Shown: positions 48,159-61,020 of the stretch, piece after piece
Layout: each line of letters opens with the position of its first letter
Position numbering within the stretch: the first letter of the stretch is position 1
NCBI RefSeq assembly: GCF_009834535.1
Contig: NC_045697.1
Span: 24,678,001-24,742,000 of the forward strand
Reading direction: 5' to 3'
Length of the DNA: 64,000 nucleotides
Source: Camelus ferus
Taxonomy: Eukaryota
Made by a program: the position numbers and the translations under genes
The notes under the pieces: model-generated
What the model saw: only the letters and a program-made list of their open reading frames with translations
What the model was told of the DNA's origin: nothing
Databases searched by the model: none

Positions 48159-50132
48159 TCTCTTTTGTATTTATGTTTTGTTTGTTTGTTTGTTTTTGTT
48201 TTGTTTTTAGATTCCACGTATCAGTCATCTCATATGGTATTTTTCTTTCTCTTTCTGGCTTACTTCACTTAGAATGACATTCTCCAGGAGCATCCATGTT
48301 GCTGCAAATGGCGTTATGTTGTCGGTTTTTATGGCTGAATACTATTCCATTGTATAAATATACCACCTCTTCTTTATCCAGTCACCTGTTGATGGACATT
48401 TAGGCTGTTTCCATGTCTTGGCTATTGTAAATAGTGCTGCTATGAACATTAGGGTGCTGGTGTCATTTTGGAGTAGGGTTCCTTCTGGATATATGCCCAG
48501 GAGCAGGATTCCTGGGTCATACGGTAAGTCTATTCCTAGTCTTTTGAGGCATCTCCATACTGTTTTCCACAGTGGCTGCACCAAACTGCATTCCCACCAG
48601 CAGTGTAGGAGGGTTCCCCTTTCTCCACAGCCTCTCCAGCGTTTGTCATTTGTGGATTTTTGAATGACGGCCATTCTGACTGGTGTGAGGTGATACCTCA
48701 TTGTAGTTTTGATTTGCATTTCTCTGATAATTAGTGATATTGAGCATTTTTTCATGTGCTTTTTGATCATGTGTATGTCTTCCTTGGAGAATTGCTTGTT
48801 TAGGTCTTCAGGCCATTTTTGGATTGGGTTGTTTATTTTTTTCTTATTGAGTCGTATGAGCTGCTTATATATTCTGGAGATCAAGCCTTTGTCGGTTTCA
48901 CTTGCAAAAATTTTCTCCCATTCCGTAGGTTTTCTTCTTGTTTTATTTCTGGTTTCCTTTGCTGTGCAGAAGCTTGTAAGTTTCATTAGGTCCCATTTGT
49001 TTATTCTTGCTTTTACTTCTTCTAGGAGAAAATTTTTTAAATGTATGTCAGATAATGTTTTGCCTATGTTTTCCTCTAGGAGGTTCATTGTATCTTGTCT
49101 TATATTTAAGTCTTTGATCCATTTTGAGTTTATTTTTTGTGTATGGTGTAAGGGAGTGTGCTGGCTTCATTGCTTTACATGCTGCTGTCCAGTTTTCCCA
49201 ACACCATTTGCTGAAGAGACTGTCTTTATTCCATTGTATATTCTTGCCTCCTTTGTCGAAGATGAGTTGACCAAAAGTTTGTGGGTTCATTTCTGGGCTC
49301 TCTATTCTGTTCCATTGGTCTATATGTCTGTTTTTGTACCAAAAGCATACCATGCTGTCTTGATGACTGTAGCTCTATAGTATTGTCTGAAGTCTGGGAG
49401 AATTATTCCTCCAGCCTCTTTCTTTTTCTTCAGTAAAGCTTTGGCAATTCTAGGTCTTTGATGGTTCCATATAAATGTTACTATGATTTGTTCTAGTTCT
49501 GTGAAATATGTCCTGGGTAATTGGATAGGGATTGCATTAAATCTGTAGTGGGCAGTGTGACCATTTTAACAATATTGATTCTTCCAATCCAAGAGCATGG
49601 GATATCTTTCCATTTTTTAAAGTCTACTTTAATTTCCTTCATCAATGGTTTATAGTTTTCTGTGTATAATTCTTTCACCTCCTTGGTTAGATTTATTCCT
49701 AGGTATTTTATTACTTTGGGTGCTATTTTAAAGGGGATTGTTTCTTTACTTTCTTCTTCTGTTGATTTATCATTAGTGTAAAGAAATGCAACTGATTTTT
49801 GAACGTTAATCTTGTAACCTGCTACCTTGCTGAATTCTTCGATCGGCTCTAGTAGTTTTTGTGTGGACCTTTTAGGGTCTTCTATATATAGTAACATGTC
49901 GTTGGCATATAGTGACACTTTTACCTCTTCTTTTCCAATTTGGATCCCTTTTATTTCTCTCTCTTGCCTGATTGCTGTGGCTAGGATTTCCAAGACTATG
50001 TTGAATAGAAGTGGTGATAGTGGGCATCCTTGTCTTGTCCCAGATTTTAGTGGGAATCTTTTGAGTTTTTCACCATTGAGTACTATGCTGTCTGTAGGTT
50101 TGTCATATATAGCTTTTATTATGTTGAGATAC
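48159..50132 (-). mobile_element. Young L1 fragment: 3' half of ORF2 plus partial 3' UTR, truncated at both ends
   Basis: ORF-track peptides 49493-50131, 49048-49353 and 48342-49088 are clear L1 ORF2p ([36 protein letters not shown]). Frameshifted. Candidate 16-bp TSD at 48143-48158 / 50133-50148. Confidence 0.96.
48342..50131 (-). pseudogene. Disrupted L1 ORF2p (reverse transcriptase C-terminal half and cysteine-rich domain)
   Basis: Three frameshifted segments. The catalytic motif reads YAND instead of Y/FADD. The first Cys of the C-terminal CCHC motif is Arg (RWRGC). Confidence 0.92.
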
Positions 50133-51299
50133 GAACAGCGTATTTGTTGAAGGAAACTAAGGTTTTTGTCTTTCATTGCTAAGAAGAAAATGTAAGAGTT
50201 CACTAGAAGATGTGGATAGAGATGCCTGATTATTCCCTGCCCTTGGAGTTTAACTTTTGTTGCTGTTGTTTGTTCAATTTTTGCAGAGAGTGTTTTTCTA
50301 CCCCTCTGATCTGATGATTGAACCTCTCTATTCAGCCCTCTCCTGTAGATGGACTCAGGATCAGATAACACGGACTGGTGTATAGATTCTTAAAATTATC
50401 GGTATAAAAATGTTGAGAAAGATAAAGAGAGGGATAGAGATAGAAAAAGAGGGAGATGAGATATTTCAAAAAGTAAGTACATTCTTCAGGAGTTTGCATT
50501 AAAAAAAGTACAGAAAAATAGAGAGTAGTTGGAGAAGGCTGTAACAAGAGAAGATTTTTGTTTGTGTTTGTTTTTAATGTGAGCAATTATATTAACGACT
50601 ATTTTGTTCACTAGTACATATTTAATAATATAGGGACAAATGAAAAATTAGGAGATATTTTAACTGTGGAAATTAAGTAAAATGACTAACTTTGTAGAAT
50701 TCTTAAAAAAGTGATTCTGGATTATCAGTAAGAACCTAACATTCAAAAAAATCAAAAGAAAATATTTGAGACTAAGATCTAGACTGAACAAGAACATACC
50801 ATAATTTTTATTTGTTTTATGCAGTAAGGTGCAGATGCACTTTTGTATATTTAAGATGTGAGGAATACATTCATATTTTTGGAAAATTTTTAATAAATTT
50901 AATAAAAGGTTCCCAATTTATCAACTACTTACAAATCTTGAGAGGCCAAAATTGTTTTATTTTCCCCATTATAATACAAGAGCAGGAAAGGAAATAGAAT
51001 TGTTATTCTTCCTACTACTTGTTAAATGTTTTATTGTTAAGATTATTTGTTATATATAATTCTGGTTATCTATATATAACTAGATTAAGGGTCCAAAAGA
51101 CCACACATCAGAAACCCAAAATTTATATATCTTACTTCAACTAATTATGTACTCAAGCAATCCAGTGTACCACCCCCAAATTATGCTCTTCTCCAGATTC
51201 TTATGGCCCAGTTTGCTCTTCGGTTCTTAGCCACTTATTCATTGGAAAAAATCCAGCTACCACATTCACCCATTCACCATACTTTCCCTAATAACCAGT

Positions 51300-51792
51300 T
51301 TTCCTGGCCTCCTTGGAGCAAAGGCTTTAGCTTTGTCTGACCTCTTTGTGCCTACAACGCAGCTCATGTGTCCAATGCAACCCAACCTATGGAGACCTGA
51401 GTCCCTTCCATCACTTCTGGGCTTAGGTCACACTTGTAGGATGTGGATCTGGACTTCTCAACAGTTATTTATAGGTGCACCTCCTAGAAGTCTGGAGGAA
51501 TTAATACCCCATGGGGGTAATACCCAGTGAGGAGATGAGAAGGAATTAGCAGATTAGTCCCTCTTCCTTCCTCATCATGAGAGGCTCCAAAGAACAACAG
51601 TCGGTGTGGTTCTTCTGGAACACATCCTCCCCGACGGAGCAACTAGCTGTGCTTTCTTTGGAAACTGAGGTAAGTTTCCTAAAACAACTAATTCCCTTCT
51701 TTCTTGCTCTGTCTTGATATGCATCACACAATAAAGCTTAAGTATGTAAGTTTGCCTCAGGCTTTGTTTTCTAAGGAACTTTGCCTAAGATA
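51300..51792 (+). mobile_element. LTR16-like ERVL LTR
   Basis: 3' end aataaa...gcctcaggctttgttttctaaggaactttgcctaagata and internal taataccccatgggg. Start approximate. Confidence 0.6.
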
Positions 51793-52804
51793 TTTAGCAA
51801 CAATAATCCCAGATTAATCAGATCATATTTAGACCTTGTGCTGGCAAATGGTACGAAATGAAACATTGTCTGGGGAGAAATCTCTGTAGGTATCAAAGGA
51901 GATTGAGCATGATAGGGATGAAATGTCAGCTCAGGTTAGGCTTTTCTCTTTGTGAAGAAGCTTAAGCTTTCATCATGATATTAGTGCATCAGTTATGTGA
52001 TATGCTATTAAAATCTTATGCATCTGAGATCATATCACATATATGATAATGTACATGTCAGATATTATAATATTCACTTGTGAAAAAATGGCATAAAAGT
52101 GGTTCTCACAGAACTCACAAATTATATCAAGCTGTTATGTTATTAAGCCTAATTAATGATATGAAGAAGCATTAAGGTATGCAGAGGTATTAATTTGATA
52201 TGTATTTGATACTGATATTTAAAATAAAATTTTAACATAGTATAATTGATAAAATCAAGGGATTTGAAACACATTTTCAAGCCTCTCTTTGGCTTAACTA
52301 GTAAATAATAATGAGAATTTGAAGAAGTCACCTAATTTCTCTGGTTCTCAGTTTTCTCATTAATGACTTGAGCTATATAAATTGAAAGGCCTCCTCCCTG
52401 TCTAACATTGTGATAACCCATATCAATTAAGTAGCATTATTTGGGACAGTATAATAAAGTACCTAGCTGATAGTCAAAGATCACAAAGCTTTCCCTATGC
52501 CAATATGGCTGCCTGCTCTGAAAGTACTGACTGCATTCAGAAATACTTTAAAGTATGTCAAATCAAATCGATGAGGTCAATGATTATCACACTCATGCTA
52601 GGGAACTAAGGCTATGCTGGGCCAAGGAGAATGAAAATAGGAAGGGGGACATATTTATTAAGTCATTCAACAAACACTTGTTGAATATCTCCTGTGAGTT
52701 AACATCTATGTTTAAAATTGATGAGCAGTTTACAAGAGAGACATGCCCTATCCTCAAGTCACTGGTAAACTTAAATGACTCAAAATGTTAGCAAAAGCTG
52801 TTGA

Positions 52805-53260
52805 GAGTTGTTAGTTGTTCAAGGAACAAAAGAACTAGAACTCGCTCAGGCTAAGAGTGGAATGTGTGGTTCATACACTCGTAAAGAAAGGTTGAACAAC
52901 CAGGTGGTGAAAAAGGCAGGTTGGAGTTCAGGAGCAACAGTAAGCAGGTGCTTTCATTCTCTTAATCATCTCTTCTTTATACCATCTTTGTCATCCTTCT
53001 CTCTGACTGAAGGTGGTCTACTTTACAAGGGAGAAAACATGACTGTCAGGGGCTGATGAGTTCTACATCTAACTGTTTAGGTCACTGGAGAGAGACTGCT
53101 ATGCAGCATCCTTTTGTCCTGTGTCAAAGTCCAGAATTCTTGAGAAGAGGAATAGTATCACAACTTGACTCAGGTATTTATACACCTAAAACTAATCAAG
53201 TCAATCACAGGTTAATCAACGTGTTCCAGGGCTGGGTCTCTGGCCAATCAGAATGGATGC
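52805..53260 (-). mobile_element. Very old MLT1-type LTR (K/L-like), degenerate
   Basis: ttagttgttcaaggaacaaaagaac start and tggccaatcag near the end. Weak recall-based match. Confidence 0.35.
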
Positions 53261-56200
53261 AGAGAGCACTGGAGAACTGCCCTCCTATGATTCTGTCCTC
53301 CAGTTGCGAGGTCATGGTGTGGTCCAGAGGATGCACAAGGAGGGTCACATTAGCCAGAAACTAAGTAGAAAACCATGGGAGCACAGAACTTCAACATTTC
53401 ATTTCATAAAAATGACCACATTTTATAAATTAATAAATATTAATAAAATAATGATATAATTCCTAGGATAGAAAGTAGTGAGTTTAGAAAATGTATTTTA
53501 TTGGGGACCTAAACAGCAAGTAGCAAATATGTATATGAGTGTTAGACTGGCTAGGGTTTTCACTTTCTTACATGTGAGATTTGTTTATTTTTTATAGTCA
53601 CTAGGTGGCAATTCTGGGGCCAAAAGGCACAGTATCTGATTATTAGTGTAGTTTTATGATCTATTAAATTTGCTGTTCATAATGAAAAGATACCATTATC
53701 TGGGGAAATTAGCTATATGGGCTTTTTTTTTTTTTAGTATATCTGTTTTTACAAGGTTGACTGACTATACAATCCAAATGCAGATAACTTAGTGTTCTTT
53801 AAATGCTATCTGACTAATACCCATAATTATGAAAATCTTCTTACATTTTCTTTTAAATTCTTCTCTTCATGGCATCTCAACACAGTCTTTTTGATCACTA
53901 AGAATCCTATGGCACAGCTATAGAAAATGTTTATCTCATTAAAATTTACTCTACTGCAAGTTCAGAGGATTGTAAGTGTATGTATAATTTGATCTCCACT
54001 GGGTGATTTTTGTAATGTGTATGAGCCATTCTCTCTAATGGAAAGTGCAATAGTAAGGTACTTGAAATAGGCATTAATCCTCACAATACATTTGCAAGTT
54101 AGGTAAGCAACATGAAGCGTAGAGCCATAATAAGCATTATCCGCATTCATCCACCTTCACAGGCTGCAATGCTAGAAATCACACTTCACAAACAAAGGAC
54201 ATTTGCAAAAGAAATAGCAGGGATACTTGTAGCATATTTCCTTTCCGGTTGTCACAGACAGATGAAGCCAAAAGAGAGCACAAAACAAACTATTTTTTAT
54301 AAAAAGAAACAACGAATTAAAATAACACAAAGCAATGCAAAATAATTGTCATGTAAGAGAGGAAATAATGTATTAAGCTGTTTATTTAGATAATGACACT
54401 TGAATACTGATTTTGTAAAAAACATTTACTGCCTCCAATCCTATTGCTACAAAGCTTCTTTTCTTCTGTGCCTTAATTGACATGTTAACTTATTTTTGCC
54501 AAATGAATCATTTGAGATAGACCATTAATTTATTTGAATGGAAGCTTATAAATTAACAACAAAACGAAACAAAACAAAAAACCCCAAAACAAACAACAAA
54601 AAACCTGACTTTTAGGTTATCAACACATCGATGAAGAAAGATTTCCTGTGTATCTTACTCGCATATAATAAAACAGAAATTCTACTAAATTTTCTAAAAA
54701 TGATGTTATCTTAGTGACAATTTATTTTTCCATCTTGGACACAGGAAAAAATACTGTAAGCCTCATTGTAGCTATTTGGAATCAATCAGAATACAATCTG
54801 TTCAAAGCCTATATGGAATATAGAAAAGGACACATTGATACTTAAATAATGAAAATAGGAATACAGTAAATTAGGCTGCATTTACACTAGTCAATCACTA
54901 AGTTAAAAAATAATTTTGTATTTTTTAGCCATCTTCACTTCACAATTGGATTGAAGTTTTCACAGACGTGCTTGATGGGGCAAGAATGAGTCATTTAGCC
55001 TCTAAATTAACATTGACTCTAAACTTCTTATTTATCTACCATATAATTTTAGTTTATAAATCTATGTAATGCTTGTGCTTAATAAGAGACCTTAGGCTCT
55101 TTGATAATATACTGTTATCAATATTAAGTGATTTTAGTTAAAGTGAGTGTGACTTTACATCATTTTTAAGTAGCCCAGATGTACAATTCTGGAGTCATTC
55201 CTCCACACTTCCTCATGCTTCTCTACATAAAAGAAGGAATAGGCTTCTTGAGTAAAATTTTCTGTATTTTTTCCATTATTAGAATGAAATGATAAATGCT
55301 TAGATTATATGAAAAAATGTGAGTCTGAGAAGAACTTGCCTATCTGTATCTTGCCGACATACTGCTCTTGCTGATTCAACAGAGCTTCAGTTTTCAAAGA
55401 CAAAACTTAAATCTCTATCAAATATTTCAAAGACAGAAAAATAAGAATTTTAAAATGTCATTCTCTTATAATAAGAATTTGAAACTTTATGCCAATAGCA
55501 GAATAGGAACTAAATATTATATATAATATATAACTCAAACTCATCATTAGAAGAAAACAAATTCTAGAAACACTAACTGAATAATAAAGATAAAGAATCA
55601 CAATATTCCTGAAAATTTATGTCTTTTGACATAATTGTGATAAATTGTTTACTTGATGATGTCAAATCCCCTCCTACAATTTTTATTTTTTAATACTGCA
55701 GAATTTTAAAACCTCATCAAATGATGCCTAGAGTCATCAATTTCCTTAAAACAGGTCTAAAACATTCAAAATCAGCATAATAAAATATTACACAACTTTT
55801 AGCACCATCAGGACGAAACCGAGGGTTATGGATATAACCAGATGGTTTTGTATGGTCTATCTTTGAATTGTTTACATACAGATACTGTTGTTTCTGTTTA
55901 TTCCTTGAAAATCCGATGGAAACATTAATTTAATTGTCTATGTTTAGTTCAAATTCAGTTTTGAACAGTATGATATATTGTAACATGCAGAGACTATTTC
56001 CCTTAACCCCACAGATCTTAATTCTGTGCCTAAAACGGATGCAAAAGTACAGCGGTCATGTCACTCGTGGAATAACTGAGGATGAGCCATCAAGCTTCAA
56101 ATGCACAGCTGAATTCAGCCCTGAAATGCCAGAGAACCTAACTGAAGCTTGATTAATGGGATCATGTCAAGTGGTGAGACTGCTGAGTGTTTAGGTAGCC

Positions 56201-58134
56201 AGAGGCCCGACCTAGCTTCTCCAAGGAGACTACTCTCAGCAACAGAGCTACTTCGGTATTTGTCCTTTTCTCAAAAAGAAAAAGCTCAGTGCATTTAAAA
56301 ACACATTTAGGTTTGTCTAACCTATACATTGGCAGAACGCGTAGATGAGTAAAGCAGAGGTGGTTGATCATAGCCCTTTTCAACATGGATTACAAAGCTG
56401 CCAACCGGAGGCCCAAGGGGATGGAAAGTCAGGATGCAATCAGATTCAGTGCTAAAGAGCTTTGCAACAAGCCAGCCTTTTTGAACTTGAGGTTTTTAAA
56501 CGAACAAACAAAAAACTAAGTCAGGTGAAAATGAAGAGGTCTAAAATTAAAGTAATTGAACATAAATTGGAAGAGGATAACATTTAACAAAATATTGTGA
56601 AAAAGAGAATATGAGGCAAAATTTACTGAAATTTGAGATCTGAGTAGTCAAATAGAGTAAGGAAATAAACGGGACAGAATATGCCAAATATTTCTGCCAA
56701 GAGAACAAAGAATTACATGCAAAAGTACAGAGAATTCTGAACACTAAGCCCATGTGGGGCTTTATTCCTGTTTAAATAAACCCTTTAAGAACTCATTTAT
56801 TTTTCTATTCTAATTTGACTATTCACTGTTCTCCCAACATCCCTTGAGTGCCCCTAACTCTGAATCCTAGCATCCACAACACCTCTCCTGGTAAGGATCA
56901 AATATCTTCTGTCAGTTTACTCAAAGGCTATTCTTTGAGATTTCCTTCAAAATTGTCATTCACATCAAGCCAACTCTGACCGCTCCAGTTAGCAGAAATC
57001 CACCTCTTGAAAATTCTAGTTGTTACTCTGTGCCCTCTGTCTGGAACTTTTTTTTTCTTATTCCCCTTTGAAATGTGAGTTATCTTTGTATGTGTGAGTT
57101 CCATTTTGGACACGTTTGCTTGAAGCGTGTACATGACATTCAGGTGAAGGTGTCAGCAGACAACCTCCAATGTGAGAATAAAGCTCTAAAGGATTTTAGA
57201 GTCAAAACACAGTCTGTAGTTATATTCAAGTCCTAATGGAAACTGGATGAATCAGACTGCAAGGAAATAAATTCAGAGAAAGGCAGCCAAAGACTCACAC
57301 TTACTGTGGTTCAGAAGAAGTTCCTCTGGGATGGTAAGAATCACAAGAAGGCCAGGCCAGGAAGGATGCTGGAAATCTTGCCTCAGGGACCAGCGCTCAT
57401 GGCCATTAGCCATGTGGAAGACTGCATTCCTACAGGGAAAATGAAAATGAACTTGATAAACTTCTCTTGGAAAGCAATGCACGGCACCTCTTTCATCGTC
57501 AAGAGATAACTCAAGTTTCAAAAAGGGCATAAACTGACTTTTAATCTTATTAACCAAGAATTTTTGCATATTTGTTACTTTATAATATCTCTGTTAGAGG
57601 GTTGAAGAAGTCAGCCTCCCAGTTCCCAAAGGAAAAATAAAATGAGATTTTGCTCATGGAAACTGCTTATGGGGCTTTCTTTTTTTCACTCCCCCAAAAA
57701 GCAAAACCAGGATGAAGTCAGGGATGTAGTTTAAATTCTTCGGTTTGCCTTAGAATTTTGAAATGATTCAAGGGTAGGAAATTAAGCAGCAGAAGTTAAC
57801 CAATCCAAGTCACATGTGTTTATTTCTTAACATTATCTGAAGAAGAAAATAATAAAGAGGTTATAAAAATGATTCTGACAGCTGTCTTTCTCATAAAGCT
57901 TGAACTTCTCATTTGTTCCTTAGAAAGAGGAGTAGATAGACAAGTGTTAATGAATTTAGAGTCTGGCCAGTAGTAAGACATGTACCTAGCCAAACATTTA
58001 CCTAAAACACCCCCTCATCCAAACAAAATGGACAGACATACTAGGCTCTGTGGTTTATCCGGAGTGAGGGCAGAACAAAGCCGGGCACATGTAGAGAATA
58101 AGAACAAATCTTTCTGTTGTCCAAGTTCTGTTTG

Positions 58135-58295
58135 CCTGGCATTTTACTTAGTAATCTATAATGCTCATAACTAACCAGTGAAGTTGATAATATCTTGGAT
58201 TTATGAAGAAGAAAAACCACAACTCTGGAGGTTAATTAAGTTGTGAGAGGTCACCTATTGAGTAATTAGCAGAACTGGAACTTAAACCGAGATGA
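58135..58295 (-). mobile_element. MIR SINE, degenerate
   Basis: tttatgaagaagaaaa...gaggttaattaagttgtgagaggtcac...gcagaactggaacttaaacc. Confidence 0.6.
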
Positions 58296-58698
58296 AGAAA
58301 CAGATTTCATCCAGGTCTAAACCTGCCTCACTGGGGATCAGAAACATCAAGAATGCTGACTCTGTAAAATCCTTTGATCCAGCCTTAGAGAAATCTTTGT
58401 AAAACCTGTGTCTGGATTTTCATCATAACTTATAATGAGGGAAAAAGCAGGTGCTGGATCAGAAAACCTGGCGGCATCAGGAGGAAATAAAATCAGAGGA
58501 GAAGATTTTGAGGTGAGTCATTGGAGGCAGAGCAGCAAGGATGGCAGGTTGCGCACTGAGAACATGAAGGAAAGGCGAGGCTGCTCCCCCAGTGGGGAGG
58601 ACACCTCAGCGACTCTTACTGTCACTGCCATCCTCCTGCACATTGTCCTCGCTTCCTGTGGCTCCTGCTGGTCATGTGTTTCCTAAATTATTAGTGAT

Positions 58699-59132
58699 TG
58701 TATTCATTTCCTACAGCTGCCATAACATTACCACAAAGTTGGTAGCTTGAAAAAAAAAAAAGAAATTTATTCTCTCACAGTTCTGGAGGCCAGAAGTCCA
58801 AATCAGTATGACCAGAATGGCCAAAATCAAAGTGCTGTGAGATTCCCTTTGGGAAATGTAGGGGAGAATCTGGTCCTTGCCTCTTCCAGCTTCTGGTGGC
58901 TGCCATCACCCTGATCTCTGCCTCTGTCTTCCCATCACCTTCTCTTCTGTGTATTTCTTTTGAGTGTCTCTTTTCTAAGAATACATTTGATGGCATGCAA
59001 GACTCACTGGGATAATTTAGGATAAGCTTTTTTCAAGATCCTGAACTTAATTACATCTTTTGACATGTAAGTTAATAGTCACAGGTTCCAGGACATGAAC
59101 ACATCTTTTAAGAGGACATCATTCAGTTCATC
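58699..59132 (-). mobile_element. MaLR solo LTR, MLT1B/C-like
   Basis: gaaatttattctctcacagttctggaggccagaagtcc, ccttgcctcttccagcttctggtggctgcc. Near-TSD gtgat / gtgct. Confidence 0.9.
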
Positions 59133-60347
59133 GTGCTAACAAGCTGACAGACACCTGGTTAGTATCATTTAAATAATATGTGTATGATTTATTGTGTATT
59201 TTTGCCATCTGCTGCATTTTTTTGATTGAATAATATGCTAGTGGTACAGGACTGGGAGATAGATATTGGAAACACAGTATTATAGTTTAGGTATAATTTT
59301 ATCAGGAAATAAGAGTTGGAGGTACCAGGAGCACAAGACTCCTTCAAATTACAGTTGTTTTCCTCTGAGACCCAGCCCTTCTATGGGGCAGGGAACAAGG
59401 GCTTCGGGTGAATTTTCATATATGTACATTATCCAATAATGAGGAGGAAGATATCTACACGTGATGTTTTGTTAAATGAGTCCCAAGTAAAATTAAACAT
59501 TTCACATAGTTTGGCTGGAAAAAGCAAGCATTGAAAAAGAATAGGTTCAGGCAAATGAGTAAATGCAAAATTATTATATGCACCATGGAATGAAAGTATG
59601 CTCAGAAACCACTAAAACATCAAGTTTAAAAGGTTTTGCAATTGACTCCGTCCCCCCAGGTTTTCAATTTATAAACAGTTCATAATAATATTCTTTTCTA
59701 TATCTGTTAAGAGTTCAAAAAAGCATTTCTCTAACACTTGTACTTTTATTAAATAGTTATTAACTTTTTAAGCAATTGCTACTCCTTTTGTTTTGGCCTG
59801 AATTTCAGCAGCCAATTTGGTACAGACATATCAACAATGAACAAAGATGGAGACGGGGGGGATACGTGCATTAGCACTGTGTAATCCCCAGAGCTCTGTG
59901 CTGGGAAAGCACAGCTTTGTTGGAGAGAGAAACACTAGAAGAAAGAGAAGTCTACAATTCCCCAGGTAGAGTAATGATTACAGCTACAGGAGTTTATAGA
60001 GGAAAATTATGTAAATAACATCAACAGTGCTAACCTGATAGAATATTTTATAAACATTGATTCAGATCCAACTCAGAACCAAATTGGAAAGAACTGATTG
60101 GAAGCAAAGTAGCACAATTCTGATGTTTCCATCATAAACATAGACAAGGGGTTTATAAAAATTTAGCATTTTGATTAATATGACTTTCAGTCTTTTGAAG
60201 TGTTACAAAAGACACTTCAAAATGCAAATTGTTATTACTTTTTTAGACTCCCAGGAGGAATATTATAAAAACTTCTGTCTTATTCAACCTTACGTAGTAA
60301 AAGGAATAAAAATGAGGTCTGTCTAAGCTTTAAAGAATTCAAACCAC

Positions 60348-60625
60348 CAAATTTGGGATTTGCAGATACAAACTACTATGTATAAAATAGATAAACAAGG
60401 TCTTACTGTATAGTATAAGGAACCATATTCAATGGCTTGTAGCGTGTATAATTTAAAAGAATATAAAAAAGAATATGTGTGTGTGTGTGTGTGTATATAT
60501 ATACACACATACATATATGATTAACTGAGCACTACGCCATACACCAGAAACTAGTATGACATTGTAAATCACCTACACTTCAAAAAAAATGGGGAAATAT
60601 AAAAATAAAAACAATACTAAAAAAG
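60348..60625 (+). mobile_element. Short 5'-truncated cetartiodactyl-type L1 3' end with internal (TG)(TA) tract
   Basis: tttgggatttgcagatacaaactacta...acaccagaaact...cattgtaaatcacctacacttcaa plus A-rich tail. TSD agaattcaaa(c/t)cac at 60334-60347 and 60626-60639, at a TT/AAAG site. Confidence 0.9.
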
Positions 60626-60845
60626 AGAATTCAAATCACAAATACAAATTGGGACTCTCTTTAACATGATTTGGTTCTCTATAAAAATGCACATTTCTAC
60701 ACAGCCTTTTTGATGGATGTACATACCCTTAAGATTGGATCTTGAATTTCATATATTTGGGAGCATAGGAGGTCAAATTTTTCAATCAAAATTTTTCTCT
60801 GGATGTCTGATAAGGTAGATGCTGTGTACTATGTTCTTGCATTAA

Positions 60846-60852
<7 letters not shown>

Positions 60853-60876
<24 letters not shown>

Positions 60877-61020
60877 GTAATAATAAATCTAGCACACATA
60901 GTGCATACTATGTACTAATGTCTATTCTAAGCCCTTTACACCAATTAATTTATTTACTTTTCAAAGTAGCCCTATGAAGTATGACTATGCCACTTTATGG
61001 ATGAGGAAACTGAGGTATGT
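60853..61020 (-). mobile_element. MIR fragment preceded by (AAT)n
   Basis: gccctatgaagta...ccactttatggatgaggaaactgagg. Confidence 0.75.

Noticed and set aside
48418..50150. Plus-strand ORFs of 81, 223 and 107 aa as hydrophobic proteins
   Set aside because: They are antisense shadows of L1 ORF2.
50133..50371. Novel N-terminus fused to L1 reverse transcriptase (292-aa ORF)
   Set aside because: Flanking sequence happens to be in frame. The ORF has a non-ATG start, the catalytic motif is dead and the frame breaks downstream.
55798..55818. REST/RE1 site (tttagcaccatcaggacg)
   Set aside because: Only the left half matches. The spacer and right half are wrong.
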